A stretch of DNA of 64,000 nucleotides from an uncultured Acidobacteriota bacterium (GTDB lineage: Bacteria > Acidobacteriota > Thermoanaerobaculia > Multivoradales > UBA5704), in contig OY969474.1 in the NCBI GenBank assembly GCA_963700145.1, positions 1,600,001-1,664,000 of the forward strand. The letters are read 5' to 3'. Below the pieces are notes generated by a model. The model made no database searches. It was given only the letters and a program-made list of their open reading frames with translations, and was not told the origin of the DNA. Shown here piece by piece: positions 48,294 through 59,747 of the stretch. The first letter of the stretch is position 1. Each line of letters begins with the position of its first letter. The translations under genes were made by a program, and so were the position numbers.

Positions 48294-49187
48294 TCACGCC
48301 GGCGCCCGCTGCACGAGGAGGACGCTGCCCAGGATGAGGAGGCCACCGGCCACCACGACGGCGGTCACCGGCTCGCCGAGCAGCAGGACCGCGGCGGCGA
48401 AGGTGACGAAGGGCTCGAGGTAGAGGAAGGCGGCGACGCGCGAGACCTCCAGCCGTTCGAGGGCGCCGTACCAGAAGAGGTAGCCGAGCCCCGAGCAGCC
48501 GAGGCCGAGGAAGAGGACGGCGCCCCAGCCGGCGGGCGAGAGGCCGGGCAGCTCGCGCCAGCCGCGGGTGAAGAGGAAGAGCGGCGCGAGCATCAGCCAG
48601 CCCAGCGCCATCGCGCCGGCGGTGGCGCGGGTGGGGCCGAGGCGGCGCAGGGTGCGGTGGCCGAGGACCGAGTAGACGGCCCAGTTGACGGTGCTGAGGA
48701 GGATCAGGAGGTCGCCGCGGGTCGAAGGGAGGCGGAGGAGGTCGGCGCCGAGCGCGCCACGCGAGATGACGAGGAGGGCGCCGGCGAAGCCGCCGGCGAG
48801 GCCGGCGATCTTCCAGCCGCCCAGCCGCTCCTTGCCGAGGAGGACGGCGAGGAGCGCCGACCAGAGCGGGATCAAGCCGATCAGCCAGCCGGTCTGGACC
48901 GCCGTCGTCATGGTGAGCCCGACCGACTGGAGCAGCTGGTGGACGAAGATGCCGACGAAGCCCATGAGGAGCAGCGACGGCAGCGCGTCCCGCGGCGGCA
49001 GCGGCGAGACGCCGCGGGCGAGGAGAAGGACGAAGAGCAGCGCCGTGCCGAGCGCGAAGCGCATGAACACCAGCGTCACCGGCGACAGCTCCCGCAGCGC
49101 CGCCTTCGTCGCCACGAACGAAACCCCCCAGAGCACCACGGCGGCCAGCGCGAGGAGCCGGGGCCGACCCCCGGAGCCCTCGCTCAC
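48294..49187 (-). CDS. EamA/DMT family transporter
   Basis: LWGVSF, about 10 TM helices, YLEP..LLLGE. Confidence 0.9.
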   Translation of the reverse strand: MSEGSGGRPRLLALAAVVLWGVSFVATKAALRELSPVTLVFMRFALGTALLFVLLLARGVSPLPPRDALPSLLLMGFVGIFVHQLLQSVGLTMTTAVQTGWLIGLIPLWSALLAVLLGKERLGGWKIAGLAGGFAGALLVISRGALGADLLRLPSTRGDLLILLSTVNWAVYSVLGHRTLRRLGPTRATAGAMALGWLMLAPLFLFTRGWRELPGLSPAGWGAVLFLGLGCSGLGYLFWYGALERLEVSRVAAFLYLEPFVTFAAAVLLLGEPVTAVVVAGGLLILGSVLLVQRAPA

Positions 49188-49217
49188 GCCCGGGATGACC
49201 TCCGTTGCCTTACCAGA

Positions 49218-51300
49218 TCACCCCTTCTCCACTACCACCTCGGTCAGCTTCGCCGTCCGGGAGATGGCGCGCTGGAGGTGTTGGAGGAGGGCCAGGCGGT
49301 TGCGGCGGAGCGCCTCGTCGGGGGCCATGACGAGGACTTCGACGAAAAAGCGGTCGAGGACGGGCGCCAAGTGCGCCACCTGCCGCAGCACGCCCTCGTG
49401 GTCGCGGCGGGCGCCGCCGGCCTCGACTTCGGCTGCCAGGGCCTCGTAGGCGGCATGCAAATCCTGCTCGGCGGGCTCCACCAGCAGCGCCTCGTCGAGC
49501 GGCAGCTCCTCCTCGACGCCGCGCAGGATGTTGGCGATCCGCTTCGCCGCCAGCGCCACCGTCAAGAACCCCTCCTCCTCGCGCGCCTTGTGCACGGCGT
49601 CCACGCGCGCCCGCAGGTCGGGCAGCTCGGTCCACCCCACCGCCAGCGCCGCCTCGATCTCGTCGTAGGCGTAGCCGGCAAGCCCCAGCAAGTACCGCAC
49701 GCGGTCGGCGAGGAAAGGCCGCAGGTCGGCGAGGATCGGCCCGACCGCCCGCTTCAGCTTGTCGCCGAAGAGCTCCACCGCCTGCGCCGCCGCCGCGTCC
49801 AGGTCGAGCGCGATCTCCCCTTCGAGAGCGATCCGCACCACCCCCTGCGCCGCCCGCCGAAGCCCGAACGGGTCGCGGCTGCCGGTCGGCACCAGCCCGA
49901 GGCCGAAGAAGCCGACCAGGGTGTCCAGCCGGTCGGCGAGCCCCGCCACCCGCCCCACCCGCCCGCGCGGAATCGGGTCCTCCGTCGAGGCCGGCAGGTA
50001 CTGGTCGTAGACCGCCTGCCAGACCGCCTCGTCCGCCCCCTGCTCACGCAGGTAGATGCCGCCCACCACCCCCTGGAGCGAGGTGAACTCCTTGACCATG
50101 TCGGTCGTGAGATCGAGCTTCAAGAGCCGCGCCGCCTCCGCGGCCGCCTCGGCCTCCTCCTCCCAGCCGAGCCGCCGCGCGATCCAGCCGGCCAACGCCT
50201 CCAGCCGGTCGGCCTTCGCGGCGTAGCTCCCCAGCGCCTCGTGGAAGCCGAGGTGCGCGAGCTGCCCGGCGCGTGCCGCCAGCGGGCGCTTGCGGTCCTC
50301 GGCGTAGAAGAAGCGGGCGTCGGCCAGGCGCGCCGCAACCACCCACTCGTTGCCGGCGCGCACCAACCCCGCCGGGTCGTCCGGGCGGTCCATGACGGTC
50401 AGGAAGTACGGCAGGAGCTTGCCCTGCGGGTCGGCCACGGTCAGGGCGCTCTGATGGTCGCGGAGGCTGGTCGCCAGCACCTCGCGCGGCAGCTCCAGGT
50501 AGGACGGATCGAACTGGCCTTCGAGCATGCCGGGCACCTCGCAGAGGGCCGCCAGCTTGTCGAGGAGCGCGGGGTCGTCCACCAGCGTGCCGCCGACCGC
50601 CGCGGCCCGCTCGCGCATGCCTTCGAGCAGCGCCGTCTTCCGGACCCCCGGCCGCACCTCCAGCCGACGCGCCGCCAGCTCCTCCCGGTAGTGCCCGGCG
50701 TCCCTCACCTGGAACGCCTGCGGCGAGAGCACCGGGTGCCCCACCGTCGTGTCGCCGGTCTCGACGCCGAAGAAGGTGAACGGCACCGGCTGTCCGTCGA
50801 AGAGCGAGACGATGCCGTGCACCGGCCGCACCCAGGGCCCCTCGCCGCTTCCCCAGCGCATTGTCTTGGGCCACGAGAGGGCGCCGAGGATCCGCGGCAC
50901 CAGCTCCGAAAGGACCTCCCCCGTCGCCCGCCCCGCGGTCCGCTTCGTCGCGGCGAGGTACTCCCCCTTCTCGGTCTGCACCCGCGCCAGCGCCTCGGGC
51001 TCGACGCCGCAGCGGCGGGCGAAGCCGAGGAGGGCTTGGGTGGGCGCACCGTCCGGGCCGTAGCCGGCGCGCGCCGGCGGCCCCATCACCTGCTCGTCGC
51101 GGTCCGGCTCCTTCTCGGGCAGGCCCGACAGGACGAGCACCAGCCGCCGCGGCGTGTAGCCGGTGTCCACCTCGCGCGGTCCGAGCCCGCGCGCCATCAG
51201 CTCCTCGAAGAGGCGGGTGGCGAGCTCGCGCGTGGCCCCCGGCAGCATGCGCGCCGGGATCTCCTCGCTGCGCACCTCCAGGAGGTACTCGCCGCGCGCC

Positions 51301-51314
<14 letters not shown>
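49218..51314 (-). CDS. glyS: Glycine--tRNA ligase beta subunit
   Basis: [56 protein letters not shown]. Confidence 0.96.
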
Positions 51315-52209
<895 letters not shown>

Positions 52210-52217
52210 GTCGGTCC

Positions 52218-52979
52218 CTAGAGCCGGCTCCGGGTCTGCTGGATGACCTCGTAGCTGCGCAGCTCGCGTTGGAGGAAGTGGCGGCGCACCCGCGCGCAGA
52301 GCTCCTCGACCTGCCGCAGCGCCCCGGGCGAAGGCGGCGTCGCGGCCAGCCGCGGCAGCGTCTCGCGCCCGATGCGCAGGAGGAGCTCCAGCGTCTCCCC
52401 GGCGATCCACAGACCGCCGCCCGCCCCACCGCACTCCGGGCAGATCAGCGTGTCGCCCTTGGCCGGGAGGACCGCGGCCCGCTCGCCGGCACCGAACGGG
52501 CCGCCGCAGAGCGGGCAGGCGCGCGGCGGCGGGAAGATGCCCGCCAGGCGCAAGGTCCAGCTCTCAAAATATCGCGCCGCGAGGTCGCGGTCCACCCCGG
52601 CGAGCAGCGCCTCGAGCGTCGAGTCGAGGAGGCGGAAGAGGGCGTCGCTCGCCTCGTCCTCCTGCGCGAACTCCAGCAGGTGGTCGACGAGGTAGCTGCC
52701 GAGAAGGATCCCCTCGAGGTCCTCCTGGAGGCGGTGGGCCGACCGCACCAGCTCGACCGCCGAGATCCGCGCCAGGTCCCGCCCCTCCTTCTCGAACCAG
52801 CTCACCCGCGCCCGCGCCAGCGGCTGGAGCTGCCCGGCGAAGCGGCTGTGCTTGCGCCGCGCCCCCTTGGCGACCCCGCGCTTCTTGCCCTGCTCGCGGG
52901 TCAGGAAGGTGACGATGCGGTCGTCGTCGTGGAGGTCGAAGACGTCGAGGAGGAGCGCCTCGGCGGAAAGGATACGCAC
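52218..52979 (-). CDS. recO: DNA repair protein RecO
   Basis: [22 protein letters not shown]; CxxC...CxxC zinc finger; context next to glyQ. Confidence 0.9.
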   Translation of the reverse strand: MRILSAEALLLDVFDLHDDDRIVTFLTREQGKKRGVAKGARRKHSRFAGQLQPLARARVSWFEKEGRDLARISAVELVRSAHRLQEDLEGILLGSYLVDHLLEFAQEDEASDALFRLLDSTLEALLAGVDRDLAARYFESWTLRLAGIFPPPRACPLCGGPFGAGERAAVLPAKGDTLICPECGGAGGGLWIAGETLELLLRIGRETLPRLAATPPSPGALRQVEELCARVRRHFLQRELRSYEVIQQTRSRL

Positions 52980-53057
52980 GGCGGGATGGTACTCCCATCC
53001 CGCCGCGCTCGAAGGTCGAGTCGGAGGCGCGGCTCGGGCGCGGGCGGCTGCGGGGGT

Positions 53058-53333
53058 CTAGGTCTTCGGCTTCATGAAGACGAACTCCATCCCCTCCGGC
53101 GTGCGCCGGTTGTAACGGGCGTTGAACTCCTCGTCGTTCATCACCAGCAGGAGGACGCCCTCGACGAGACCGATGAGCACCCCAAGGCCGCAGAGGACGT
53201 TGGAGACGAGCACGACAATCCCTGCGGTCGTCGACCCCAGATAGAAGTGATGGATGCCGAACCCTCCGAGCAGGATCCCCAGGATGCCTGCGATGACCTT
53301 CTCCTTGCCACGACTCGCCACGCTTGGTTCCAT
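53058..53333 (-). CDS. TM2 domain-containing protein
   Basis: KVIAGILGILLGGFGIHHFYLG; GGAGG RBS. Confidence 0.85.
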   Translation of the reverse strand: MEPSVASRGKEKVIAGILGILLGGFGIHHFYLGSTTAGIVVLVSNVLCGLGVLIGLVEGVLLLVMNDEEFNARYNRRTPEGMEFVFMKPKT

Positions 53334-53401
53334 TGCGCTCCTCCAAGAGAGGCGCCCGGCCAACCGGGCGCGATACAGTGCGCATCATCTAGGAGTAAGG
53401 G

Positions 53402-54385
53402 GTGGAGCCGCAAGTCTCTCCTGCGCCTTTTCTAACCGATGCGACGGGAGCCGCCGTGCCGGCGCTCGCGGCGGCCGAGCCCCGCGATCTCGGCTTCGGG
53501 GCGAAGGTGGCGAGCGAGAGCCGCCAGCGCCTCCTCAACCGCGACGGCAGCTTCAACGTCGAGCGCGAGGGGCTCACCCCCTTCGCCAGCCTCAGCCTCT
53601 ACCACTTCCTGCTCACCGTCTCGTGGCCGCGCTTCCTCACCCTCCTCTCCTGCGTCTTCCTCCTCGCCAACGCCCTCTTCGCCGCCGTCTACACCGCCCT
53701 CGGGCCGGGGGCGCTCGGCGGGGTGACCGCGACGAGCCTCGGCGAGCGCTTCGTCAAGGGCTTCTTCTTCAGCATCCAGACCCTGGCGACGATCGGCTAC
53801 GGCGCCGTCCACCCGGCCAGCATGGCGGCCAACGTGGTGGTGACGCTCGAGGTGCTGGTCGGGCTGATCGGGCTGGCGCTGGCGACCGGCCTCGTCTTCG
53901 CCCGCTTCTCGCGCCCGACCGCCAAGATCCTCTTCAGCGACAACGCCCTGGTCGCCCCCTACCACGGCGGCACGGGCTTCATGTTCCGCATCGTCAACGG
54001 CCGCAGCAACCAGTTGATCGAGGTGACGGCGCAGGTCTCGCTCTCCCGGCGCGGCATCGGCGGCCGCCGGGAGTTCGACCAGCTCGCGCTGGAGCGCGAC
54101 CGGGTGACCTTCTTCCCTCTCTCCTGGACGGTCGTCCACCCGATCACCCCCGAGAGCCCGCTCTGGGGGATGACGGAGGAAGAGCTCCTGGCAGCCGACG
54201 CCGAGTTCTTCATCCTCCTCAAGGGCCTCGACGAGAGCTTCTCGCAGGAGGTCCACAGCCGCTCGTCGTACAAGGCCGAGGAAGTCGTCTGGGGCGCCCG
54301 CTTCGTCGACGTCATCCACGTCGACCGCGAAGACGGCCGCCTGGGGGTCGACATCACGCGGATCAACGAGTACGAGCGCGTCTGA
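53402..54385 (+). CDS. Inward-rectifier potassium channel (KirBac)
   Basis: FFFSIQTLATIGYG filter, FARFSRP, FS..A, LSWTVVHPI...SPL, RSSY. Confidence 0.93.
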   Translation: MEPQVSPAPFLTDATGAAVPALAAAEPRDLGFGAKVASESRQRLLNRDGSFNVEREGLTPFASLSLYHFLLTVSWPRFLTLLSCVFLLANALFAAVYTALGPGALGGVTATSLGERFVKGFFFSIQTLATIGYGAVHPASMAANVVVTLEVLVGLIGLALATGLVFARFSRPTAKILFSDNALVAPYHGGTGFMFRIVNGRSNQLIEVTAQVSLSRRGIGGRREFDQLALERDRVTFFPLSWTVVHPITPESPLWGMTEEELLAADAEFFILLKGLDESFSQEVHSRSSYKAEEVVWGARFVDVIHVDREDGRLGVDITRINEYERV

Positions 54386-54455
54386 GACGACTGCTACCTC
54401 TCGGTGAGGGCACCGGAGGAGCGCGCCGGGACGATTAGTCCGCGGGCGCTCCAGG

Positions 54456-54635
54456 ACCGAATCGGGCGCTCGCCCACCGAAACGGGCGTCCCCGAACCGA
54501 AACGGGCGCTCGCGGACCGAAACGGGCGCTCCCGCACCGAAACCGGCGCTCCCCCACCGAAACGGGCGCTCGCCAACCGAAACGGGCGCTCCCCCACCGA
54601 AATGAGCGCTCCGGGGCCTAAATGGGCGGCTCGTC
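54456..54635 (+). repeat. 20-bp tandem array, 9 units (ACCGAAACGGGCGCTC + 4 variable nt)
   Basis: Exact 20-bp period at 54456, 54476 ... 54616. Confidence 0.9.
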
Positions 54636-54708
54636 CCCGTCCTCGTCGCTCGGTTTACCTCCCGGCAGCGCGATTTCCGCCGCCGGGCCGCCCGCTAGAC
54701 TCCCTCGC

Positions 54709-54822
54709 GATGGACGAGCCCGCTCTTTCTCCGCGCGAGTACCACGCCGAGCGCGAGCGGGAGCGACTGCGCGAGCGCGAAGAGCTGCGGCAGGAGTGGC
54801 TGGCGAAGACGCGAGAGGCGGC
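54709..54822 (+). pseudogene. Truncated N-terminus, possibly of a minimal nucleotidyltransferase-type gene
   Basis: MDEPALSPREYHAERERERLREREELRQEWLAKTREA charged helix, ending just before the IS. Confidence 0.3.
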
Positions 54823-54852
54823 GTCTACTCCCGTCGCCCTTGAGGCCCCTAG

Positions 54853-56122
54853 CAGGCCGCTGAGAAACGGCCTTCAACGGCGGGTGCGAGGCTGACAGCG
54901 ATCTGGGAGCGGGCGATGTCGCGTGCGCGGGTGGAAGGGGAGGGCAACAGGCGCCTTGTGGGCGCGTTTGAGCGCCGCTGGTTTTGCTGGGCAGGACCTT
55001 TTTGGGCTATGCCGGCACGAGCAGGCGACTTAATCGGAGCAGGTTGTACGCTGCGGCGGCGAGGCGGGCGGCCAGCTGCGTCCTCGCCACGCCTCGGACC
55101 CTGGTCCGGTGCAGCCCTGCGCAGGTCTTGAGCCAGCCGAAGATCGTCTCGATTCGCCGCCGTACGACCTGACTGATCCGGTAGCCGGGACGGCGCGTTG
55201 TTCGCCGGTCGATTGCCGAGCGCCTGCGCCGGTGGGCATTCTGGGTGACGTGGGGGGTGACGCCGAGCTCTCGGCAGGCAGCCACGAAGCCCTTGGTGTC
55301 GTAGCTCTTATCGGCGCCCACCGTCTTGCGCCGCGAGCCTTCGAGCCGCGCGAGCAGACCCAGAGCTTCGCGACGCTCGGCGAACCCATCGGCCTGGGCC
55401 ACCACGAAGTCCACCAACAATCCGTTGCGGTTCTCCATCAGAGCGTGGCCGGAAAACGAGAGCTTCGCCTCGTGCCCATCCCCCTTGCGGGCCAGGCGCG
55501 CTTCCGGGTCGGTCGTCGAGGCGTGCGTCTCGTTGCTCCGCTTCGTCCCCGTGAAATCGCTCCAGCCGTTGGCGTCTCCGCCCGGTGGCCCGTCCTTGGG
55601 CCGGAAGCTCTTCATCGACGCCCAGGCCTCGATCAGCGTCCCATCCACCGAGAAGTGCTCGCTCGACAGCAGCCGCTGCACGCTCGCCTCAGCCACGATC
55701 GCCGCCAAAAACCGCTCGGCCACCTCGTGCCGGATCAGCCGCTCCCGGTTGCGTGAAAACGTGCTCGCGTCAAACGACGGCTCGTCGAGCTCCAGATCCA
55801 AAAACCAGCGAAACAGCAGGTTGTACTCGAGCTGCTCGCAAAACTGCCGGTCGCTCCGCACCGAAAACAGCGCGATCAGCAGCTGCGCCTTGAGCAGCCG
55901 CTCCGGCGGCACCGACGGCCGCCCCGTCTCGGCGTACATCACCGCAAACACCTCACTCAACTGCCCGAGAGCCCGGTCGGCCAGCCCCTTGATCCGCCGG
56001 ATCGGATGCGCCGCCGGAATCCGCTCCTCCAACGACCCCACCATCAACAACGTCCTCTGCTCGCGCGCTTTCCCTCGCATGGCCTGCAAGGGTAGCGCGA
56101 ACCGGGGTTTTTCAGCAGCCTG
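54853..56122 (-). mobile_element. IS5-family insertion sequence (1270 bp)
   Basis: Terminal IRs CAGGCCGCTGAGAAAC / CAGGCTGCTGAAAAAC (14/16); CTAG at both flanks (54849-54852, 56123-56126). Confidence 0.9.
55007..56080 (-). CDS. IS5-family DDE transposase
   Basis: GRPSVPPERLLKA, SVDGTLIEAWAS, GADKSYD, RRRIETIFGWLK, AYNLLRL. Confidence 0.95.
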   Translation of the reverse strand: MRGKAREQRTLLMVGSLEERIPAAHPIRRIKGLADRALGQLSEVFAVMYAETGRPSVPPERLLKAQLLIALFSVRSDRQFCEQLEYNLLFRWFLDLELDEPSFDASTFSRNRERLIRHEVAERFLAAIVAEASVQRLLSSEHFSVDGTLIEAWASMKSFRPKDGPPGGDANGWSDFTGTKRSNETHASTTDPEARLARKGDGHEAKLSFSGHALMENRNGLLVDFVVAQADGFAERREALGLLARLEGSRRKTVGADKSYDTKGFVAACRELGVTPHVTQNAHRRRRSAIDRRTTRRPGYRISQVVRRRIETIFGWLKTCAGLHRTRVRGVARTQLAARLAAAAYNLLRLSRLLVPA

Positions 56123-57070
56123 CTAGCGGAAGTACCCGTTGACGTCGATCACGAGGTGGACCGTTCCAGGGTCTGCGGCGAGGGAGGCCCGGACGCTCAG
56201 CATGCCGCTGCCGATCAGCGCGGCGATGCCGTTGTTTGCCCGCGTCTGGCCGGCGCTGAAGTTGATCGTCGAGGTGAGGGGCTCGACCGTCCCCGCCGCG
56301 AAGACTCGCAGGAACCCAGGCGCGGTCGGGCCGACGACGGTGATGTTGAACGAGACGGCGCGGGCGTCGGCGGGGATTCCGCACTGTCCGCCGAGCAGGA
56401 AGTCGCGGAGCTCGTTCGCGCCGAGAGCGGGCCCGCCGTGGGGACCGTCGGCCAACCGCGTGTCGACAACCCGGCACGGCAGCAGCGTGTAGAAGTCGCT
56501 CGGGGAAAGCGCCGCCGACGGGTCGACGCGAAAATAGGCTGCGCCGCCGCCGAACGGGCTGAGCTTGATCCGCATCGTGATCTCATGTGGCCCCGGCGAG
56601 AGAGAGAACAGACCCTGACTGACGCGCGGATCGGCGATGCACGGCTCGGGGTCGTCGCCACAGTCGGCGCCGAGGTCCCGCGGTGTCGAGGTGGCGCCGA
56701 GCTGGGCGCCGAAGTCGAAGATCTCGAACTGGTCGCCCAGCAAGAACGCGTCGGTCACCGTCAAGGTCGCCCCTCCGGCCGGAGCCGTGAACGTCCACGG
56801 CGGATCGTCGGCGAAAACGGAGTTCCCGCCCGAGCTCGGCACGCAGCCGCCCCCTTGGCAGCCCATCGCAAAGCTTCCCGGGCCGGCGAAACTGAACTCG
56901 TTCCACGGCCCGCCAATCGGTACGGGTCCCGGCGGCGGGCCCGTGCCCGGGGAAGCAGCCGGCCCTCCGACCTCGCGGCTCGCGACACCGTTGCCCTCTT
57001 GGGCAGAAATCTCCTGAGCGAGAAAAACCGCGACGCAGGCGGCCGAGAAGATCGCTCTCCTGCTGACCAT
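56123..57070 (-). CDS. Secreted protein with a recurrent C-terminal cell-surface domain
   Basis: Signal peptide; PWTFT..LTVTDAF..GD.F domain; C-terminal FYTLLPCRVVDTR..CGIP..NITVV..INF..GQTRAN..VIDVNGYF. Confidence 0.8.
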   Translation of the reverse strand: MVSRRAIFSAACVAVFLAQEISAQEGNGVASREVGGPAASPGTGPPPGPVPIGGPWNEFSFAGPGSFAMGCQGGGCVPSSGGNSVFADDPPWTFTAPAGGATLTVTDAFLLGDQFEIFDFGAQLGATSTPRDLGADCGDDPEPCIADPRVSQGLFSLSPGPHEITMRIKLSPFGGGAAYFRVDPSAALSPSDFYTLLPCRVVDTRLADGPHGGPALGANELRDFLLGGQCGIPADARAVSFNITVVGPTAPGFLRVFAAGTVEPLTSTINFSAGQTRANNGIAALIGSGMLSVRASLAADPGTVHLVIDVNGYFR

Positions 57071-57122
57071 TGGATGAGATTCTACTAAATAATCGCTTAG
57101 ATTTCAGGGAACGGACAAAGCC

Positions 57123-58031
57123 TCAACCCTCCTCGCTACTGAAGTCCACGTCTCGGTCGAGGGACGCCAGAACCGACCGATCTTCGCGCCAACCGGGCTC
57201 CAGGCGGACGTGGAGGTCGAGGTAGACGCGCTTCTCCAGGAACTCCTCCAGATCCAGCCGCGCCGCCGTGCCGATGTCCTTGATCGCGCTCCCTGCCTTC
57301 CCTACCAGGATCTTCTTCTGCCCTGGCCGGTCCACCAGGATCGAGGCGAAGATCTTGACCAGGCCAGGTGACCCTTCCTCCTCCTCCCAGCGGTCGATCT
57401 GGACCGCGGTGGCGAAGGGCAGCTCGTCGCGGGTGCGCTCGAGGACCTTCTCGCGGATGCGCTCGGCGGCCAGGAAGCGCTCGGGGTGGATGGTCAGAAG
57501 CTCGGGGTCGTAGAGCGGCGCCCCCTCGGGCAGCAATCCCCATAGCACGTCGAGCAAACGGTCGCAGCCGTCGCCGGTGAGGGCCGAGATCGGCACCAGC
57601 TCGGTGAACAGGCCGCTCTCGCCGTAGCGGCCGAGGAGCGGCAGCAGGTCGGGCTTGCGCACGCGGTCGATCTTGTTGAGGGCCAGGACCTTCGGCCGGT
57701 CTGCCTTCGCCACCTGCTCCAGCATGTAAGCGTCGCCGGCGCCGAAGCGCTCGCCGGTGTCCACCAGCAGGCAGACGACGTCGGCGTCGTTCAAGGCCGC
57801 CATGGCGTGCCGCAGCATCTGGCGGTTGAGGCGGTGGAGCGGCTTGTGGATGCCGGGGGTGTCGTAGAAGACCATCTGCCCGCGCGGCTCGGTGAGGATG
57901 CCGACCAGGCGGTGGCGCGTCGTCTGCGGCTTGTCGGAGACGATCGCCACCTTCTCGGCGAGGAGGCGGTTCATCAGCGTGGACTTGCCGGCGTTGGGGC
58001 GCCCGACCAAGGCCACCGTCCCGGCCTTCAT
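57123..58031 (-). CDS. era: GTPase Era
   Basis: GRPNAGKST, KPQTTR, DTPG, NKID, KH domain. Confidence 0.97.
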   Translation of the reverse strand: MKAGTVALVGRPNAGKSTLMNRLLAEKVAIVSDKPQTTRHRLVGILTEPRGQMVFYDTPGIHKPLHRLNRQMLRHAMAALNDADVVCLLVDTGERFGAGDAYMLEQVAKADRPKVLALNKIDRVRKPDLLPLLGRYGESGLFTELVPISALTGDGCDRLLDVLWGLLPEGAPLYDPELLTIHPERFLAAERIREKVLERTRDELPFATAVQIDRWEEEEGSPGLVKIFASILVDRPGQKKILVGKAGSAIKDIGTAARLDLEEFLEKRVYLDLHVRLEPGWREDRSVLASLDRDVDFSSEEG

Positions 58032-59296
58032 GCCGTCTCCTCGTCCTCCTCGCGCTTGTCGATCCGCTCGACCCGCACCGACTGGATGCGGCGGTCGGCG
58101 ACCTCCTCGACGATGAAGCGGAGCCCCAAGGCCTCGACGGAGTCGCCGGGCTCCGGCACCCGCCCCAGCACGCCGTAGATCAGCCCGGCCACGGTCTCGA
58201 CCTCCTCCTCGTCCACGTCGACGTGGAAGAGGTCTTCGAGGAGCTCCAGGTGGGCGCGGCCGTCCACCCGGTAGGAGCCGTCTTCCAGCGGCACCAGCTC
58301 GGCCACCAGCGCCTCGTGCTCGTCCATGATCTCGCCGACGATCTCCTCGAGCAGGTCCTCGACCGTCACCATGCCGGCGGTGCCGCCGTACTCGTCGACC
58401 ACGATGGCAATCTGCTGGAAACGCGCCTGCAGCTCCTTGAGCAGCTCGCCCAGGGGCTTGGTCTCGGGGATGAAGAACGGCGGCTTCAGCAGCTCGGATA
58501 CCGGCGGCCGCTCGGCGCTGCGCAGGGCGCGCAGCACGTCGCGGATGTGGAGGATGCCGGCGATGCGGTCGATCGACTCCTCGTAGATCGGCAGGCGCGA
58601 GTGCCCGGACTCGATGAAGCGCTCGGCGAGGTCGTCGAGCGAAGTGTCGGCCGGCGCCACTACCATGTCCACCCGCGGCGTCATGACGCTGCGCACCTGG
58701 GTGTCGCCGAAGCCGACGATGCTCCAGACCAGGTCCCCCTCCTCCGGCTCCAGGATCCCCTCGCGCGTGCCGACGTCGATGAAGGCCTCGATCTCCTCGT
58801 CTGTCGCCTCTTCCTCCTCCTCCCCCTCCCGCCGCTCGGGGACGCCCGGCAGGAACGGCGCGATGAGCAGGATGAGCGGCCCGAGCAGCAGGTAGAGGAC
58901 GCGGTAGACGCGGGTCAGGCGGCGCAGCGCGCCTTCGGGGTCGCGGCCCACCAGCCCGCGGTTGGTGGCCTCGCTGACCAGGACGACGAGCGCCGTGCCG
59001 GCGAACGCCCAGAGGAGCGCGCCGCGGACACCCAGCACGGCGAGGAGGCGCGCCAGCAGGACGAAGAGCAGGAGCGGCAGGAGGCGCGCGGCCAGGGAGA
59101 GGAGGACGCGGAAGGCGGCGAAGCGGGGCGCCTGCTCGTAGAGCTTGCGCAGCGGGCCGCCCGCCCCCTCGACCCAGTGGCGGAGCCGGATCGGGCCGCT
59201 GCGCTCGAGGAGGGCGGAGACGACGGCCAAGAGCACCGCCAGCGGCACCAGCAGCGTCGCCCCCCAGACCAGCGGCGAGATCCCGACCTCAGGCAT
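58028..59296 (-). CDS. Hemolysin/CorC-like CNNM-CBS protein
   Basis: N-terminal TMs, [39 protein letters not shown]. Confidence 0.9.
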   Translation of the reverse strand: MPEVGISPLVWGATLLVPLAVLLAVVSALLERSGPIRLRHWVEGAGGPLRKLYEQAPRFAAFRVLLSLAARLLPLLLFVLLARLLAVLGVRGALLWAFAGTALVVLVSEATNRGLVGRDPEGALRRLTRVYRVLYLLLGPLILLIAPFLPGVPERREGEEEEEATDEEIEAFIDVGTREGILEPEEGDLVWSIVGFGDTQVRSVMTPRVDMVVAPADTSLDDLAERFIESGHSRLPIYEESIDRIAGILHIRDVLRALRSAERPPVSELLKPPFFIPETKPLGELLKELQARFQQIAIVVDEYGGTAGMVTVEDLLEEIVGEIMDEHEALVAELVPLEDGSYRVDGRAHLELLEDLFHVDVDEEEVETVAGLIYGVLGRVPEPGDSVEALGLRFIVEEVADRRIQSVRVERIDKREEDEETA

Positions 59297-59747
59297 CCGC
59301 CACCCAGGTGCGGCGGAGACGCCGCTCGAGACGCGCCATCGCGCCGTCGTCGGTCTCGTGGTCGTGGCCCAGGCAGTGGAGGACACCGTGGAGCAGGAGG
59401 AGCCGCAGCTCGCGCTCGACCGGGTGGCCGGCCGCCGCCGCCTGCCGGCGCGCCGCCGGCACCGAGACCAGGACGTCGCCGAGGTGCCACCCCTCGGGGC
59501 CGCGCCCGCCGGGAAAGGAGAGGACGTCGGTCGCGCGGTCCTTGCCGCGGTAGTCGCGGTTGACCCGGCGCACGAGGGCGTCGCCGGCGAAGCGCACGGC
59601 GAAGCTTCCGGCCTCCGGCGCCAGCGTCCCGACCAGCCGCTCCAGCCAGGGCCGCAGCCGCCGGGCCGCGGCCTCGGGGTAGCGGTTGGGGTTCTGGCAA
59701 GCCACCTCGCGGCGGGCCGGCGCGGTCGCCGCGCGCGCGCCGCTCAA
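59289..59747 (-). CDS. ybeY: rRNA maturation endoribonuclease YbeY
   Basis: NRDYRGKDRATDVLSFP, HGVLHCLGHDH. Confidence 0.95.
   Translation of the reverse strand: MSGARAATAPARREVACQNPNRYPEAAARRLRPWLERLVGTLAPEAGSFAVRFAGDALVRRVNRDYRGKDRATDVLSFPGGRGPEGWHLGDVLVSVPAARRQAAAAGHPVERELRLLLLHGVLHCLGHDHETDDGAMARLERRLRRTWVADA

Noticed and set aside
54456-54635. 20-bp array as a CRISPR array
   Set aside because: Variable part is only 4 nt, the repeat is 16 nt, and there are no cas genes in the window
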